DNA of 63,563 nucleotides, counting the filler. It is 8 parts of 8 records of this genome, joined end to end, with 100 filler letters (N's around TTAATTAATTAA, not from the genome) between each part and the next. Parts side by side here need not be neighbours in the genome. Positions count along the whole stretch, not along the records: positions 58,392 to 63,563 come from SRR31147125_10244; 7 more parts are not named here. One strand, written 5' to 3'. Both the position numbers and the translations under genes were made by a program. The notes beneath the pieces are model-generated. The model had not been told where the DNA came from. It did no database searches and worked only from the letters and a program-made list of their open reading frames with translations. Every line of letters starts with the position of its first letter. Position 1 is the stretch's first letter. Positions 63,101-63,563 of this stretch are shown here, one piece after another.

Positions 63101-63290
63101 TGATAGAATCTATAGGATTGGGCAGAATAAAAATGTTCAAATAATTAAGCTATTAACTAAAGGAACGATAGAAGAAAAGATATTTAAGATTCAAAATAAC
63201 AAAAAACACTTAGTAGATTCTGTACTTAATTTGGATGCTAAGAAAGAGATATTGGAAGAGGATTTATTGGATTTGTTGAGTATGGAGTAG
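60192..63290 (+). CDS. SWIM-SNF2 family helicase/ATPase
   Basis: SWIM CTCP...CKH; LADDMGLGKT; DEAQ; TGTPVEN; SLKAGGTGLNL; QASDRIYRIGQ. Confidence 0.95.
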   Translation: MDIEKIINRATTTEIIKRGYAYYRAGNVRLDDVNYFKNGNIEISAEVKSSSGEDYTVELDITSKKNLNYLCTCPFESNKACKHVIAVLYEFAEEQKPEELPKKEKSKAPAKPKTEEKTSGEEVFLELLSLFNKKNKKYKTKLIANIEYVNDVWQGKVFYFSFELKDKDRTIPINSLSKFSKAYKHEYELIHRNKVIYSPREHEFSLSTREFLDKTIKFFQANKIGKDFALGIEKSLKFVENLLKSEVEVYINKEKFSRDKSFKLPLNIEKRKDKVLLDLSENEYLIHNNLIYFAENIYWLNNTERSFIQTLFDFFEANDSIEISEKNKNRAGDLLKQFNSNIQFVSKNQGLLGIDKLKLKFYFDKNQKKNVLCNVKCFDKDIELDIFNKNLDIYGKEEALKEIENYLLNNNFKGENGNYKLAGDENIYNFLSNDLLNLKKKGDVYFSENFEKLELRSNYNINASIDYLGHEKLVNINFTLDGIDEIELDLLLDNWKKKLKFYRLKDGSYLDLKNEKLEKVADTLKLFDKNYVQNLNFPQSSLLYLNKKLENLGVGKVKQNEELKEYIESFKAKPAFELKKNYQSILRNYQKEGVNWLARLSKFNLGGILADDMGLGKTLQVLAFIDSLQEERCLIVVPKSLLYNWTREIDKFAKTLDYIAVDGLKSKRKSLIESINKQRVVLTSYSLLKQDMDLYMDIKFDYMFIDEAQHIKNPTVQVTKAVKTIQAEKRFAMTGTPVENRLNELWSIFDWIMPHYLNSLGRFDELYANALEDKVIDDLRVRIEPFILRRTKEEVLSELPDKLETEIFVELNQKEKTLYRSYVDEFYKEYDDKTNKLEVLTILLKLRQICCHSKLFDKKSVGRSSKQEVLEELVDDALDGGHRILIFSQFTSMLKILEEGFAKHKIKTFYLDGQTPAKSRLNLVDRFNSGEGDVFLISLKAGGTGLNLTGADTVIHYDPWWNPAVENQASDRIYRIGQNKNVQIIKLLTKGTIEEKIFKIQNNKKHLVDSVLNLDAKKEILEEDLLDLLSME

Positions 63291-63443
63291 AGGCTAAATA
63301 AGAATACATCTTGTACAAAGATTGGATATTGTGTTGACTGTAGTCATGAAGAAAGAATATGTAATGATTTTGTTATTATTGCAGGTCAATTTCAACTTAG
63401 CAGAATCAAGGGGTTAATAGTAGATGAGAGTTTGGGATATTGA
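63291..63443 (+). pseudogene. C-terminal remnant of a LUD/DUF1121 lactate-utilization protein
   Basis: RLNKNTSCTKIGYCVDCSHEERICNDFVIIAGQFQLSRIKGLIVDESLGY*; no start codon or RBS. Confidence 0.7.
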
Positions 63444-63486
63444 CTCTAGAGGAGATAACTGTAAGAAATTGTAATATATTTTATTC

Positions 63487-63515
63487 TTGACACTTATGGT
63501 AAAATTGTATATACT
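63487..63515 (+). promoter_or_regulatory. Sigma-A promoter
   Basis: TTGACA (63487-63492), 17-bp spacer, TATACT (63510-63515). Confidence 0.8.
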
Positions 63516-63534
63516 AAATGTAAATTAAATATCT

Positions 63535-63563
63535 AAAGAAACTTCAGGGCAGGGTGAAATTCC
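63535..63563 (+). ncRNA. FMN riboswitch (RFN element), 5' end only
   Basis: CTTCAGGGCAGGGTGAAATTCC is the conserved RFN 5' sequence, about 20 nt after a consensus promoter; cut by the window end. Confidence 0.85.

Noticed and set aside
58629..63290. MNT-HEPN, B3/B4 and SNF2 as one anti-phage defence operon
   Set aside because: Each unit has its own promoter-like sequence, a terminator separates B3/B4 from SNF2, and the SWIM-SNF2 is the common housekeeping type.

Overview
This window is not one locus. It is 8 unrelated contigs joined by artificial 100-nt spacers (N44-TTAATTAATTAA-N44); all taxonomic labels below are inferred from gene style only. (1) 1-17801, AT-rich, probably Izemoplasmatales/Acholeplasmatales-like: pstS 5' end, ABC exporters, HisR/YerC with its own operators plus an amino-acid ABC importer, a 1338-aa acidic repeat lipoprotein, a c-di-GMP operon and a partial alginate-lyase-family gene. 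(2) 17902-23828, clostridial uronate/pectin cluster: kduD, kduI, esterase, CE15-like esterase, Gfo/Idh/MocA oxidoreductase, AEC transporter. (3) 23929-30468, FCB-like: LPP20 lipoprotein, HDIG protein, hybrid kinase, malic enzyme. (4) 30569-37676, clostridial: murC, rpmE-DUF1385-prmC-prfA, hemolysin III. (5) 37777-46074, deltaproteobacteria-like: cysE-mnmA-mtaB-rnc-era-mutS with REP-like GTCAT...ATGAC palindromes. (6) 46175-51868: alaS, two DUF5362-like membrane proteins, a large split uncharacterised protein, pyk. (7) 51969-58291, clostridial: Leu T-box then ilvN-ilvC-leuA-cimA. (8) 58392-63563: MntA/HepT toxin-antitoxin pair, a B3/B4 protein behind a MerR-type promoter, SWIM-SNF2 helicase, a LUD-gene remnant and the 5' end of an FMN riboswitch. 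Five genes each lack one base in a homopolymer run, most likely sequencing error. I found no CRISPR array, rRNA, complete tRNA, prophage or transposase. Best leads: the MerR-controlled B3/B4 editing protein, the contig-6 uncharacterised module, the HisR tandem operators, the giant lipoprotein and the c-di-GMP operon.
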